Position numbers and translations under genes: made by a program. DNA of 64,000 nt from contig OZ244922.1 of NCBI GenBank assembly GCA_965221905.1, forward strand, positions 608,001-672,000, read 5' to 3'. Under the pieces are notes generated by a model. It searched no databases. It was not told where the DNA came from and saw nothing but the letters and a program-made list of their open reading frames with translations. This DNA comes from Chloroflexota bacterium (GTDB lineage: Bacteria; Chloroflexota; UBA11872; VXOZ01). Shown here one piece after another: positions 1 to 9,812 of this stretch. Each line of letters opens with the position of its first letter. The first letter of the stretch is position 1.

Positions 1-588
1 GGCAATCGCTTCAACGACGGCAAATGCGATCCGGCCGGCCGTTTCTGGGCAGGTACCATGGCCTACGAGAATCCCAAGGACTCAGGCAGCCTCTACCGCC
101 TCGATACCGACCTCAGCGTCCATAAGATATTCGGCGACGTTGCAATCTCGAACGGCATCATCTGGAGTCTCGACCACACGACGATGTACTACATCGATAC
201 CCTGCGCAAGAACGTGCGTGCGTTCGATTACGCTGACGACACCGGCGACATTTCTAACGAGCGGGTCATTATCAAAGTGCCTGAGGAAATCGGGATGCCG
301 GACGGGATGGCCATAGATAGCGAAGGGATGCTCTGGGTGGCGCACTACGGCGGATCGTGCGTGAGCCGCTGGAATCCCAATACCGCCCAGCACTTGGAGA
401 AAATCGACTTGCCCGTTACCCAGGTGACCGCCTGCGCATTTGGCGGGCCGAATTTGGACATCCTCTTCATTACCTCGGCTGCCCAGGAACTGGACGCCGC
501 GGAGCTTGCGCGCCAGCCGCTTGCCGGCGGGCTCTTTTCTATCAAGACGCCGTACCAGGGAGTCCCCTCTTTCAGGTTTGGCGGCTAG
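1..588 (+). CDS. SMP-30/gluconolactonase/LRE family protein (5' end truncated by window)
   Basis: Frame is open from base 1 (GNRFNDGKCDPAGRFWAGTM); motifs ISNGIIWS, PDGMAIDSEG, TACAFGG. Confidence 0.92.
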   Translation, partial: GNRFNDGKCDPAGRFWAGTMAYENPKDSGSLYRLDTDLSVHKIFGDVAISNGIIWSLDHTTMYYIDTLRKNVRAFDYADDTGDISNERVIIKVPEEIGMPDGMAIDSEGMLWVAHYGGSCVSRWNPNTAQHLEKIDLPVTQVTACAFGGPNLDILFITSAAQELDAAELARQPLAGGLFSIKTPYQGVPSFRFGG

Positions 589-675
589 AGGCAGACTGAA
601 CGCATGAGTTGCGGCACCACCCAAAGAACGCATATGGCCGTTGTTGCCTTCTGTGTTTAGGAAAGGAACTGACAA

Positions 676-1803
676 TTGGATTCGCTCGCGCCACGGCAGG
701 ACTTTATTGGAGTGGAAGATGCGACCTATCTCTATACCGGCGCGGAATCGGCGCCGCTGAAATCGCAGGCACAGGCCCTGGAGCGCTACTTGCAGGAACG
801 GTCACGCGCCGAGGCCGGGCGGGCGGAGCATATAGAAACAGAAAAACGGTGCAAGCTGCGAGTCTCTCACCTCATGGGATGCGCTGCGGATGACATCGGC
901 CTAGTGGGCAGCGCTTCTGAAGCCATTGTGCTAATTGCCAGCGGCATCGACTTCAAGCCCGGCGACAACATCGTGACCAACGACCTGGAATTTCCCAGCA
1001 CCGTGTTGCCCTGGCTGCAGATGAAAGAACACGGTATCGAGGTGCGCTTGGTGCGCAGTCGGGACTGGCAATTCACGCCCGAGGAAGTTACTGAGCAGAT
1101 CGACGGGCGCACGCGCCTGGTGGCCGTGAGCCACGTGAGTTACCTCTCCGGGCTGCGGCTCGACCTTGATCCCATTGCCCACGCCGCCCACTCCCACGGC
1201 GCGCTACTGTTGGCGGACGTTACCCAGTCGCTCGGCGTCGTGCCAGTTGATGTGAGCGCGTATGACTTTGCGGTGGCGAGCACCTATAAATGGCTGCTCG
1301 GTATCCACGGCAGCGGCGTGCTCTACTGGAATCGCGTGCGGCTACCGGAATTTGCCCCAGGCGCGGTGGGTTGGTTTTCGGTGGATAATTTCATAAGTCC
1401 GGACCGATTCGAGAGATTTACGTGGAAGCCGACCGCCGAGCGCTTCGAACTGGGCATGCCGGCGCATGCGGCAATTTACGCCTTGGAGAACGGTGTGCGC
1501 TACCTCCAACAGTTCGGCGCCGACCGCATCGGCGTGCACGTGGAAGCGCTCGGTGAAGAACTCATCGACGGTCTGCGCGCCCAGGGCTGGACGGTGATGA
1601 CGCCCCAGGAGCGGGCGCGCCGCGCGGGCAACATTGCCGTGGCGTGCGATGACGCGGTCACTGTCCGCGACGCCCTCATAGAGCAGAACGTGCATGTTTG
1701 GGGCGGCGATGGGCGCGTGCGCGGGTCGCTTCACTTATACAACGATAGCGCGGACGTTGCCGCCTATCTTGCCGCGCTGCAGCCCTTTGCCCCCGGCCGC
1801 TGA
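676..1803 (+). CDS. PLP-dependent class V aminotransferase (SufS/kynureninase-like fold)
   Basis: TTG start; DLEFPS, DVTQSLG, STYKWLLG (PLP lysine), RFELG, RGSLHLYN. Confidence 0.88.
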   Translation: MDSLAPRQDFIGVEDATYLYTGAESAPLKSQAQALERYLQERSRAEAGRAEHIETEKRCKLRVSHLMGCAADDIGLVGSASEAIVLIASGIDFKPGDNIVTNDLEFPSTVLPWLQMKEHGIEVRLVRSRDWQFTPEEVTEQIDGRTRLVAVSHVSYLSGLRLDLDPIAHAAHSHGALLLADVTQSLGVVPVDVSAYDFAVASTYKWLLGIHGSGVLYWNRVRLPEFAPGAVGWFSVDNFISPDRFERFTWKPTAERFELGMPAHAAIYALENGVRYLQQFGADRIGVHVEALGEELIDGLRAQGWTVMTPQERARRAGNIAVACDDAVTVRDALIEQNVHVWGGDGRVRGSLHLYNDSADVAAYLAALQPFAPGR

Positions 1804-2240
1804 TGGCGTTTACCCACGAGTTTACGATCGCGGCTCCACGAAAGAGGGTGGTGAGTTTTCACCGCAAAAGGCAGAGTCTCGCAGCCATCACGCCGCCGCC
1901 ACTGATCGTGCGGATTCAACACGGCCCGGAGCTACTTTCCTCGGGTGACGAACTCCGTTTTACGCTGTGGCTCGGCCCATTCCCCATCCGCTGGCACGCC
2001 GTGATCGAATCCATGAGCAACAGTGGGTTTGCAGACAGACAGATTGCAGGCCCGTTCGCGCATTGGGTCCACCGGCATACATTCTTGGATAGCGGGAAAG
2101 GCATCACCACGGTGCGCGACGAGATCAAGTACGTCTACCGTCGTGATCTCGTTTGGGGGCCGGTGGGTCGGCTCTTCGTCTTGGGACTGCCGCCGCTCTT
2201 TGCCTACCGCGCCTGGCGCACCCGGCGGATGTTGGAATAG
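1803..2240 (+). CDS. SRPBCC/START-like ligand-binding protein
   Basis: LAAITPP, FADRQIAGPFAHWVHRHTF and LFAYR pattern; TGATG overlap with upstream gene. Confidence 0.85.
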   Translation: MAFTHEFTIAAPRKRVVSFHRKRQSLAAITPPPLIVRIQHGPELLSSGDELRFTLWLGPFPIRWHAVIESMSNSGFADRQIAGPFAHWVHRHTFLDSGKGITTVRDEIKYVYRRDLVWGPVGRLFVLGLPPLFAYRAWRTRRMLE

Positions 2241-2334
2241 CGTGATACTAGGCTGGAAAATTGACCGAAGCCTAGGGGCATTTGGCTTGCGATCTGCTAG
2301 CAGAAAGGATCGACCTACCAAGTGCTGAGGACCA

Positions 2335-2520
2335 TCAGGAAGTTGGCAGAAGTGCAATCACCTGCAAAACAGCGGACACCGCTACCACGGCAGTTAGGCC
2401 CAGGCCTAGCATCCACTTCATGGCACGGACTTCACTGCGCAGTTCGGCAATATCTGCTTTTGTTGCCAAGTGTTCGTAGCCTCCCTCGATGCGAGCGACC
2501 CGCTCATCTATAGAGGCCAT
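2335..2520 (-). CDS. Small coiled-coil + C-terminal TM protein (LATKADI motif; DUF1640/CCDC90-like)
   Basis: AGGAG RBS upstream; ERVARIEG..LATKADIAELRSEV followed by a hydrophobic helix. Confidence 0.7.
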   Translation of the reverse strand: MASIDERVARIEGGYEHLATKADIAELRSEVRAMKWMLGLGLTAVVAVSAVLQVIALLPTS

Positions 2521-2656
2521 CCAAGTACACTCCTAAATTGCTGCCTTACTAGGTAATAGTATACAACAGCCGAAGGTTTGGGAACACCTTGTAACATGCC
2601 TGAATCTTCTCCGTGTCTCGGGCTTTTATTCGTTCGCGGTAACAATAAGGACCCAA

Positions 2657-4090
2657 CTAACCCAAACGAGAAGACCGGGTTGTCTTAGACCCTTTCTCTT
2701 GCCGTGTACGTGCCGCATTGAAATCCATTAGAGGATAGGGGCTGCCTGGATGTTGGCCGGGGAGGCGGGCCGGTAGGGGTTCGCCGAGGAAGCCTTCCAG
2801 ACGGGCGCGTTGCCGGGCGACGACGTCCGGGTGTTGGGCGGCCACGTCGGTGAAATTATCGCGGTCTGCGTCGATGCGATAGAGTTTCCACTGCGGATCG
2901 GATTCCTGGATATTCACCACTGCGTTCCAGGTGTGGTCGCGGACGCTCGCCTCGTAGGCCCAGACCGTGAGCGACCAATCGCGCAGCGAATCGCGCTCAC
3001 CGGTGGCGACCGGCCACATGTTTTCCCCGTCCAGGCGGTCGTGGGGCACTTCCAACCAGTCTAAGATCGTAGGCGCAACGTCGATGTGCTGCACGAATGG
3101 TGTGACTACGGTGTCTTGCGGCCCCTGCGGATGGCGCACGAGCATATTTACGCGTGTGTTGTAGGCATTCATGTGGCGCTGGCTCTTGCCGAACTCGCCG
3201 TGCTCATTCATCTGCGTGCCGTGGTCGGAGGTAAAGACGATGATGGTCTCATCCAGCAGCCCGCTGTCGGCGAGGTGATTGAGGAGCACGCCGATCCACT
3301 TGTCAATGAACGTAATCGACCCGTAGTACAACGCTTTGACCCGTTCCTGCTCCGCCGCGGTCAGCGGCTCGCCGCGCGGCTGTATCGGTTCGATGCCCGA
3401 CCACGGCTCATCCATGTAGGCGTCGGCATAGGAGAAGGGCGGGTGCCAGGGCTCGTGGGCTTCAAACGAGTCGACCCAGAGAAAGAACGGATGCTGGTCG
3501 CGGCTGTCATCGATGAATTGAATGGCCCGGCGCATGCACTTGGCGAAAGTGAAATCCTCTTCCGTCTTGCGGTCTTTCACGTTCCAGAGCCACTGGCGCA
3601 GCCCGAACGGTACATTGCCTGGATCGTGCGTATAGCGTTCGGCCTGGAGTTCCGCCTCGGTGCCTAAGCGGTAAGGGTCAGCCTCCTGGCCGCGAAAGAA
3701 TTCCCAGTTCATGAAGCCGCGCGTAAAGTTCATGGTCGGTTTGAAGAGGTGGTAGGTATCGGCTACGAGGCCCGTGGCATAGCCCGCGCGGGAGAGCCGC
3801 TCGGCCAGGGTCTGTTGGTGCGGCGGCACGCCGTGCCAGCCGGGCATCCCCGGCGCGCCCGGCGATGAGCCGGTGGTGCTAATAGTCCACCGCCAGGGGA
3901 AGCCGCGTATGCCGGTGAAGAGCGAGCGCCGCGCGGGGACCGTCGGCAACGCTTCGGCAAACGCGTTCTCAAACCAGACCCCGTCCCGCGCCATGGCGTC
4001 CAGGGTTGGCGTCTGCATGCCTGCATGAGCGCCCAGGTGGCGGATGCAGTCAGCGCGGAAGGTGTCGAGACAGATGACGATGCAGTTCAC
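2657..4090 (-). CDS. Sulfatase-like hydrolase (alkaline phosphatase superfamily) with TxPxR motif
   Basis: IVICLDTFRAD, PTVPARRSLFTG, AHEPW, FTSDHG. Confidence 0.9.
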   Translation of the reverse strand: MNCIVICLDTFRADCIRHLGAHAGMQTPTLDAMARDGVWFENAFAEALPTVPARRSLFTGIRGFPWRWTISTTGSSPGAPGMPGWHGVPPHQQTLAERLSRAGYATGLVADTYHLFKPTMNFTRGFMNWEFFRGQEADPYRLGTEAELQAERYTHDPGNVPFGLRQWLWNVKDRKTEEDFTFAKCMRRAIQFIDDSRDQHPFFLWVDSFEAHEPWHPPFSYADAYMDEPWSGIEPIQPRGEPLTAAEQERVKALYYGSITFIDKWIGVLLNHLADSGLLDETIIVFTSDHGTQMNEHGEFGKSQRHMNAYNTRVNMLVRHPQGPQDTVVTPFVQHIDVAPTILDWLEVPHDRLDGENMWPVATGERDSLRDWSLTVWAYEASVRDHTWNAVVNIQESDPQWKLYRIDADRDNFTDVAAQHPDVVARQRARLEGFLGEPLPARLPGQHPGSPYPLMDFNAARTRQEKGSKTTRSSRLG

Positions 4091-4241
4091 GGGGGATTCT
4101 CCCTATTCGGAATTGAATAATGGGATGCCGGGCCTACTCTTGACGGCTATACGTTTGGCCATTTGTACAGTTGGCATTGTAGGAGAGTTTGTAAAGGGCA
4201 AAGGGCTATGGCCTAGTAAGCGGTCGGCAAAACGCTCTCTA

Positions 4242-4460
4242 TCATTCCTCGCTTGGTTTACCAACGTCCTTTGGCCTGTCGGCAGCGCCCTCAATCCGAG
4301 ACACGCGCTGATATATCTCAAACATGTGGTTGCGCATGTCACGGTTGTCTTCCCTGATTGCGTTCTCGCCTTGCCGGATAAACGCAATTATGGCAATTCC
4401 TACGCTGATGGCAACCAGAATAATGGCAAGAGTTGAAATCAGGAGGCCGTAATCTTCCAA
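4242..4460 (-). CDS. Small N-terminal TM + coiled-coil protein
   Basis: GGAGGGAG RBS before TTG at 4460; hydrophobic N-terminus then QRVSRIEG; directly follows the GIY-YIG-like gene. Confidence 0.6.
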   Translation of the reverse strand: MEDYGLLISTLAIILVAISVGIAIIAFIRQGENAIREDNRDMRNHMFEIYQRVSRIEGAADRPKDVGKPSEE

Positions 4461-4471
4461 TTGTCTCCCTC

Positions 4472-4798
4472 CTACCACTGCTTATTCGCTGGAGGATGGA
4501 GTGCTGCTATCAAGTCACGTTCCTCCAAGTACCTGTTTACTGTGCTGCCATTCACGTGGGCCAAGACATGTGATGGCTCATAGCGCATGATTTCTTGATT
4601 GCTTCTTTGTGCACTCAACCTATCGTTGAAGTTCTCGGTCTCGCCAACATAGATAATCGCCCAACCTGAAGGCTCACTTAGTTTTGCCAATGCGTAGTTG
4701 CCCGGCTCTTTACTGCCTACCCAATCAATGGGAAAGATCCAATAGGTGTATGATACGCCGGACGACCCGGCCAAGCTCATTGTTGGCCGAAGATCCAC
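4472..4798 (-). CDS. Stand-alone GIY-YIG nuclease-like protein
   Basis: PGNY...IIYVGET...RL...EERDLI..HPPAN matches the GIY-YIG core (Tyr, Arg, Glu, Asn). Confidence 0.7.
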   Translation of the reverse strand: MDLRPTMSLAGSSGVSYTYWIFPIDWVGSKEPGNYALAKLSEPSGWAIIYVGETENFNDRLSAQRSNQEIMRYEPSHVLAHVNGSTVNRYLEERDLIAALHPPANKQW

Positions 4799-4891
4799 TA
4801 TATGTGTCCTCTCCTAATTGCTCCCTGGGCATGCGCGCGTGCATTTAGTATACAACAGGGCTTATTCCGGTAAACTAGATCAATCACAAGG

Positions 4892-5761
4892 TCATGCCCG
4901 CCTTTGCGTCCGCAGTGCGAGATAGATACCCAGCAGGACCAAAGCCCCACCCGCGACCTGGAGCACCGTCAAGTGCTCATCCAGGATGAAGTACGCCAGA
5001 ATGCTTGCGCCCACGGGCTCGCCGAGGATCGCCACCGCCACTACGGCGGCGGAGACGTAGCGCAGGGTCCAATTGTAAGCGGTGTGGCCGAGCAGTTGCG
5101 GTCCAAACGCCAACAGAATCATGACCAGGTACGTCGCAGGTGCATAGCCGGTGAAGGACTGTTGGGTCGCTACAGCCGCGATCAGCACTAACAGCGCCGC
5201 CATGCCGTAGACCACCGTGATATACGGCAGCAGATCGAGCCGCTGCCGCAGGCGCTGTCCCAGCAGCAGGTAGCCGGAATGCATCACCGCTCCCAGCAGC
5301 GCCAGCAGGTCCCCCCAAAGGGCTTGTCCTTGCACCTGAAAGTCGCTGTAGCCGATCAGGATGCCGCCCGTGACGGAGAGGGCGATACCCCATACCAGCA
5401 GCGGGTGGAGCCGCTCGCGGAAGATGATTACCATGCCGAGGCCCACGAAAATTGGATTGATCGTAACGAGCACGACGGAACTGGCGACCGACGTATACTC
5501 CAACGACGCGATCCAGGCGATGAAGTGCAGACCCAGAAAGCTGCCCGCAATTGCCGCGTGCAGCCAATCGCGGCCGCTCAGGGCAATGAGGTGCGATCTG
5601 CGTAACGTGAGTGCGAGCGGCGCCAGCACCAGCGCGGCAATGCCGAGCCGATAGGCGGCAATAATGAGCACCGGCGCGTGCGCGAGCTTGATGAGGATCG
5701 AGGCGCTGCTAATGATCGCCACGGAGGCGCTCAGGGCGAGGATGACACGGAAGTACGGCAT
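4892..5761 (-). CDS. DMT/EamA family transporter
   Basis: About 10 TM helices; YTSVASSVVL, WGDLLALLGA, LGHTAYNW, GEPVGA; start trimmed to ATG 5761. Confidence 0.92.
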   Translation of the reverse strand: MPYFRVILALSASVAIISSASILIKLAHAPVLIIAAYRLGIAALVLAPLALTLRRSHLIALSGRDWLHAAIAGSFLGLHFIAWIASLEYTSVASSVVLVTINPIFVGLGMVIIFRERLHPLLVWGIALSVTGGILIGYSDFQVQGQALWGDLLALLGAVMHSGYLLLGQRLRQRLDLLPYITVVYGMAALLVLIAAVATQQSFTGYAPATYLVMILLAFGPQLLGHTAYNWTLRYVSAAVVAVAILGEPVGASILAYFILDEHLTVLQVAGGALVLLGIYLALRTQRRA

Positions 5762-6306
5762 GCAGACTTGGAAACTCCTGTGGTACGCCACTGTTGCAGA
5801 ATAGTCGTCCGCGCGCATGGAGAGCAAGCCCGCACTGGTCATTCTCAAAGACGATACTAGTACCCGATTTCGTCTTTCCCGCGCAAGCGGGAAACCATCG
5901 TTGCCGCACTCTAGGCATCGGGTCTTGTCGTGAGTGCAGGGAAAAATGTTCTGACGCAGCGACGAGGCGGTTACACTGAGGGTAGGGGCGCGACATGCCG
6001 TGCCCCAACGTGTCAAGCAAGGATTACCCGAACACTGTATTTGGTGTTAGGTATGCAGACCGGCACGGCGCGTGGCGGCTGCAAGTGCCCGAAAATCAGC
6101 TGGCTTTTCCTTCAGGTAGACAAATCGCCGCCCATTTGGTCAAATAGGTAAAGCTTGGATCGGGACTCAGAATGAGACAGTCCCAAATCCGGCGGGAAAA
6201 TCTTACAGGCCACTCTGCTTTAAAGATGCCCCAAACGGTGAACAGTCGTACATCAGACTGATCTTGTACCGCCTAACAGGTATTTCGTAGAGGACTATCA
6301 CGCAGT

Positions 6307-7185
6307 ATGCGACTTCAGAATCACGTAGCCATTGTCACCGGCGCCGCCAATAATATCGGCCGCGCGATTGCGCGGAGCTTTGCGGCGGAGGGCGCTAAAG
6401 TCCTCATTGCCGATATCCAGGACGAAGCGGGCGAGGCAGTGGCGGAGTCGATACGCGGCAATGGCGGCGAGGCGTCGTTCTATCACGCCGACATCGGTAC
6501 TGACGCCGGCAATCGCGGCATGGTGGCAGCGGCAGTGGAACGGTACGGCGGAGTGACGATTCTTGTGAATAATGCGCATTGGGAGCGGCGGGGTTCGATC
6601 GAAGAGTTGAGCGAGGAAGATTGGGACGCGAGTTTTGCCGTGTTGCTCAAGGCGCCTTTTCTCGCCAGCAAGTATGCCGTGCCGCACATGCGCGCGGCGG
6701 GCGGCGGCGCCATTCTAAACCTCAGCTCGGTGCACGGTTTCCAAGTGAGCCCCGGGTATCCCACGTACGAGACGGCTAAGGCCGCGCTCATCCAGCTTAC
6801 AAAGCAGATGGCCCTCGACTTGGGCAATGACGGCATCCGCGTCAACGCAATTGCTCCCGGAGCCATTCCGTCAGACGAGATGCGAGAAGAAAACGCCCAC
6901 GATCCAATTTGGCACGAACGCAATATACTCTGGAATGTTCTCCCCACCATTGGTCGCGCTGAGGACATCGCCCAGGGGGCGCTCTATCTCTGTTCAGAGG
7001 AGGCGCGTTTCGTTACGGGGCATACCTTGCTCATCGACGGCGGCTTTTTGCTCGGCTTCAAGGGCCTGGGCGGCACGCGCGTGCAGGAGTTCCTGCAGCG
7101 GCACCCGGAGCTCTTGGAGTACGATCTCTCGCGTCCGCTTGGTCCGGCGGCGCACATTCGCGATAAAGATACTGCAAAGCAGTAG
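6307..7185 (+). CDS. Short-chain dehydrogenase/reductase (SDR)
   Basis: TGAANNIG, LVNNA, YETAK (YxxxK), IRVNAIAPG, DGG. Confidence 0.95.
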   Translation: MRLQNHVAIVTGAANNIGRAIARSFAAEGAKVLIADIQDEAGEAVAESIRGNGGEASFYHADIGTDAGNRGMVAAAVERYGGVTILVNNAHWERRGSIEELSEEDWDASFAVLLKAPFLASKYAVPHMRAAGGGAILNLSSVHGFQVSPGYPTYETAKAALIQLTKQMALDLGNDGIRVNAIAPGAIPSDEMREENAHDPIWHERNILWNVLPTIGRAEDIAQGALYLCSEEARFVTGHTLLIDGGFLLGFKGLGGTRVQEFLQRHPELLEYDLSRPLGPAAHIRDKDTAKQ

Positions 7186-7251
7186 CACCCGACCAACCCA
7201 TGCCTGCGTGTGGCAGCGCGTTACGTTTCCTAGGAGAAAGGATGCTTTCGC

Positions 7252-8076
7252 ATGAAAACCGACGCTCGTCCTATACTGGTAGCCGACGGCTTTGGCTTTC
7301 CTGAAGGCCCTTCATTCGACCGCGAAGGCAACTTCTACGTCATGGAGTGCGATGCGGGCCGCATTAGCAAGGTCACGCAAGACGGTCACGTGGAACTCTT
7401 TGCAGAGACGGGCGGCGTACCGTGCGGCTCGCGCCTGCACCGGAGCGGCCACCTGTTCGTGGCGGAGAACGGCTTAGCGAAAATACTCGACTTTGCACCC
7501 GATGGATCGTGGACGGTGGTGGCGGAGTCGTTTAACAATAAGCCCTTTCGGGGGCCGAACGACCTGATTCTCGATAGACACGGCAATTGCTATTTCTCCG
7601 ATCCCAAGGGGTCAGACCTGGAGAAGCCGGTGGGGCGCGTGTTTCGTGTGGGAGCGGATGGGTCGATTTCCGTTTTTGCCGTGGGTCTAGCGTTTCCCAA
7701 TGGTATCTGTCTCTCCGCGGATGAAGAAACGCTCTATGTGGCGGAGACCTTCACTCGTCGCATTCATGCCTTTACCCTAAATCCCGATGGAAGTGCAAAC
7801 CACCGCAGCCTGTTTGCGCAAATGGAGGGCGGCGTTGGGCCGGACGGCATGGACTTTGGCGCGGACGGCAACCTCTACGTCGCTCACTACGGCAAAGGTG
7901 CGGTGGCGGTGATTGCGCCCAACGGCGAGGTGATAGCAGAGCTGCCGGTGCCGGGGAAGAATCCCACGAACGTGGACTTCTGGGAAGACTCGCTCTACGT
8001 TACGGAGACGGAGACCGGCGCGGTATATCGCCTCGAAATCGGCGTGGAGGGCCAGCCGCTCTTCGGATTGCGGTAA
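7252..8076 (+). CDS. SMP-30/gluconolactonase/LRE family protein
   Basis: FPEGP, GPNDL, FPNGICLS, GPDGMDFG, PTNV. Confidence 0.93.
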   Translation: MKTDARPILVADGFGFPEGPSFDREGNFYVMECDAGRISKVTQDGHVELFAETGGVPCGSRLHRSGHLFVAENGLAKILDFAPDGSWTVVAESFNNKPFRGPNDLILDRHGNCYFSDPKGSDLEKPVGRVFRVGADGSISVFAVGLAFPNGICLSADEETLYVAETFTRRIHAFTLNPDGSANHRSLFAQMEGGVGPDGMDFGADGNLYVAHYGKGAVAVIAPNGEVIAELPVPGKNPTNVDFWEDSLYVTETETGAVYRLEIGVEGQPLFGLR

Positions 8077-8286
8077 GCAACCTCTTGCCGGCGAGTGTCA
8101 TTCTGTGCCGAAGGGCGTATCGTGCACGTTAGCCATACGTGGTGAATTAACGACTGGTAAGCTGAGATTCACGAGCTTCTTCTCTCCACATAGTGCGGGG
8201 GCTTGTCCCCCGTTTCCTTACCGGCACAGCATCAAATGCCGCAAGTCTTTCAGCCTCTGCAATTCGCCGAGGAGGACAGCACCTCA

Positions 8287-9501
8287 ATGCAGCGGAAGCA
8301 ACTCGACGTAGCCTTTATCGGCGGGCCGCAGTACGACGCGCTCTACACACGGTTGCCGCAATTCGAGAAAGAGACCGGCTATACGGTTAACGTCCGCGTG
8401 CAACTGCCGCATCCGGCGCTTAACGCGCACATCGACGAGATGTACTCCACCGGCGCGGCCCGCTACGACGTGATCTCTACCCACGTTAAGTACGCTCCTG
8501 CGCAGCAAGAATGGCTGCTGCCGCTCGATGGGCGGTTTTCCGATAAAGAGCTGTCGGCTTTTTCGCCTGCGCTGCTCAAGCTTGCACGGGTTGATGGCGC
8601 GCTGGTGCAGATACCGCGCAACGTAGACGCCCGCGTTCTTTTCTATCGCAAAGATCTGTTTACGGATTCGGCAGAGCAGGCGCGGTTTCAACGCCAATAC
8701 GGCCGTGCGCTGCGCGTGCCGCAGACGTGGGATGAGGTGCGGGACCTCGCCACCTTCTTCACGCGTCCGCCCGGCATGTTTGGATTTGCCTTCCCCGGTC
8801 ACTCATCGGGCCTGTTCGGCACGTTCTTCGAGTTGGCAGTCATGGCGGGCGGGACTCTTTTCGATGCGCAGCTTAGGCCATCGTTCAATACGCGCGCCGG
8901 TCGCTGGGCGCTCGGATTCCTGGCCGATCTCTACCAGCAGGGGCTGACGCCGCGCGACCTGCAGGCGACCTACTTTGATGAGGTCTCGCAGCTCTTTCGC
9001 GAAGGAACGTGCGCGCTGGTTGCCGATTGGCCCGCTTACTACGGCCTGCTGACAGACCCGCAAACCAGCGCGGTTGCAGACGCGTTCGGCGTGGCGCTCT
9101 ATCCGGTGGGTCCGGCAGGCAAACGCGCCGTGTATGCGGGCGGCCACTCGTTTGCCATCCCCACGTCTGTGAAGGACATGGAGGGCGCACTGACCCTGGT
9201 GCGGTTTCTCACCTCTGCGGAAAGCCAGTACTTGGAGGCACAGGCCGGCGCAGTCGTCCCGAGGAGTGGTGTAATGGCCCGTTTGCGCGCCGAGACGCCC
9301 CCCGGCACGATGCACGCAAAGCGACTGGCACTCCTAGATGAGACGATCCAGCACTATATGCTGACATTTCCGCAATTTGCCGCGTACCCGCAGGTGGAAG
9401 AAGTGTGCGCTGAAATACTGCAAGCGGCAATTCGGGGTCAGGTGATGCTGCCGCGGGCGCTAGAATACCTCGAAGAGCAAGTGCGTGCGCTTCTGAAGTG
9501 A
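8287..9501 (+). CDS. Sugar ABC-type solute-binding protein fold, apparently without signal peptide
   Basis: GAGGAGGA RBS before ATG 8287; IPRNVDARVLFYRKDLF, PQTWDE, FLTSAESQ typical of SBP family 1. Confidence 0.85.
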   Translation: MQRKQLDVAFIGGPQYDALYTRLPQFEKETGYTVNVRVQLPHPALNAHIDEMYSTGAARYDVISTHVKYAPAQQEWLLPLDGRFSDKELSAFSPALLKLARVDGALVQIPRNVDARVLFYRKDLFTDSAEQARFQRQYGRALRVPQTWDEVRDLATFFTRPPGMFGFAFPGHSSGLFGTFFELAVMAGGTLFDAQLRPSFNTRAGRWALGFLADLYQQGLTPRDLQATYFDEVSQLFREGTCALVADWPAYYGLLTDPQTSAVADAFGVALYPVGPAGKRAVYAGGHSFAIPTSVKDMEGALTLVRFLTSAESQYLEAQAGAVVPRSGVMARLRAETPPGTMHAKRLALLDETIQHYMLTFPQFAAYPQVEEVCAEILQAAIRGQVMLPRALEYLEEQVRALLK

Positions 9502-9812
9502 CAGTCAGGTGGGCGTGGTATCATGGCAGCGCGGTCGTGGTATTGTGCGAGGCGGCGCCGGCGCGCTTTGTCATTCCGAGCGAAGCGAGGAATCTAGAGG
9601 CAAACGTCTTGCTACTTAGTCACAATTTTCCTCCAGACACGCGCCAATAGTAGTATGCGGAGGCCTATCCTCCCTGGCAATCGAAGGCCTGGGGCACAGA
9701 GAAGATGGATTCCGGCTTTCGCCGGAATGACGGTATTATTTGATATTGACAGTTTGATTCAACTGGAACTTGAGATAAAGTGAGCGGGTAGTCTTGGAAG
9801 AAAGGTATTGCC

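Noticed and set aside
5762-6016. N-terminal extension of the DMT transporter ORF
   Set aside because: It runs through two REP-like palindromes; the real start is more likely ATG 5761
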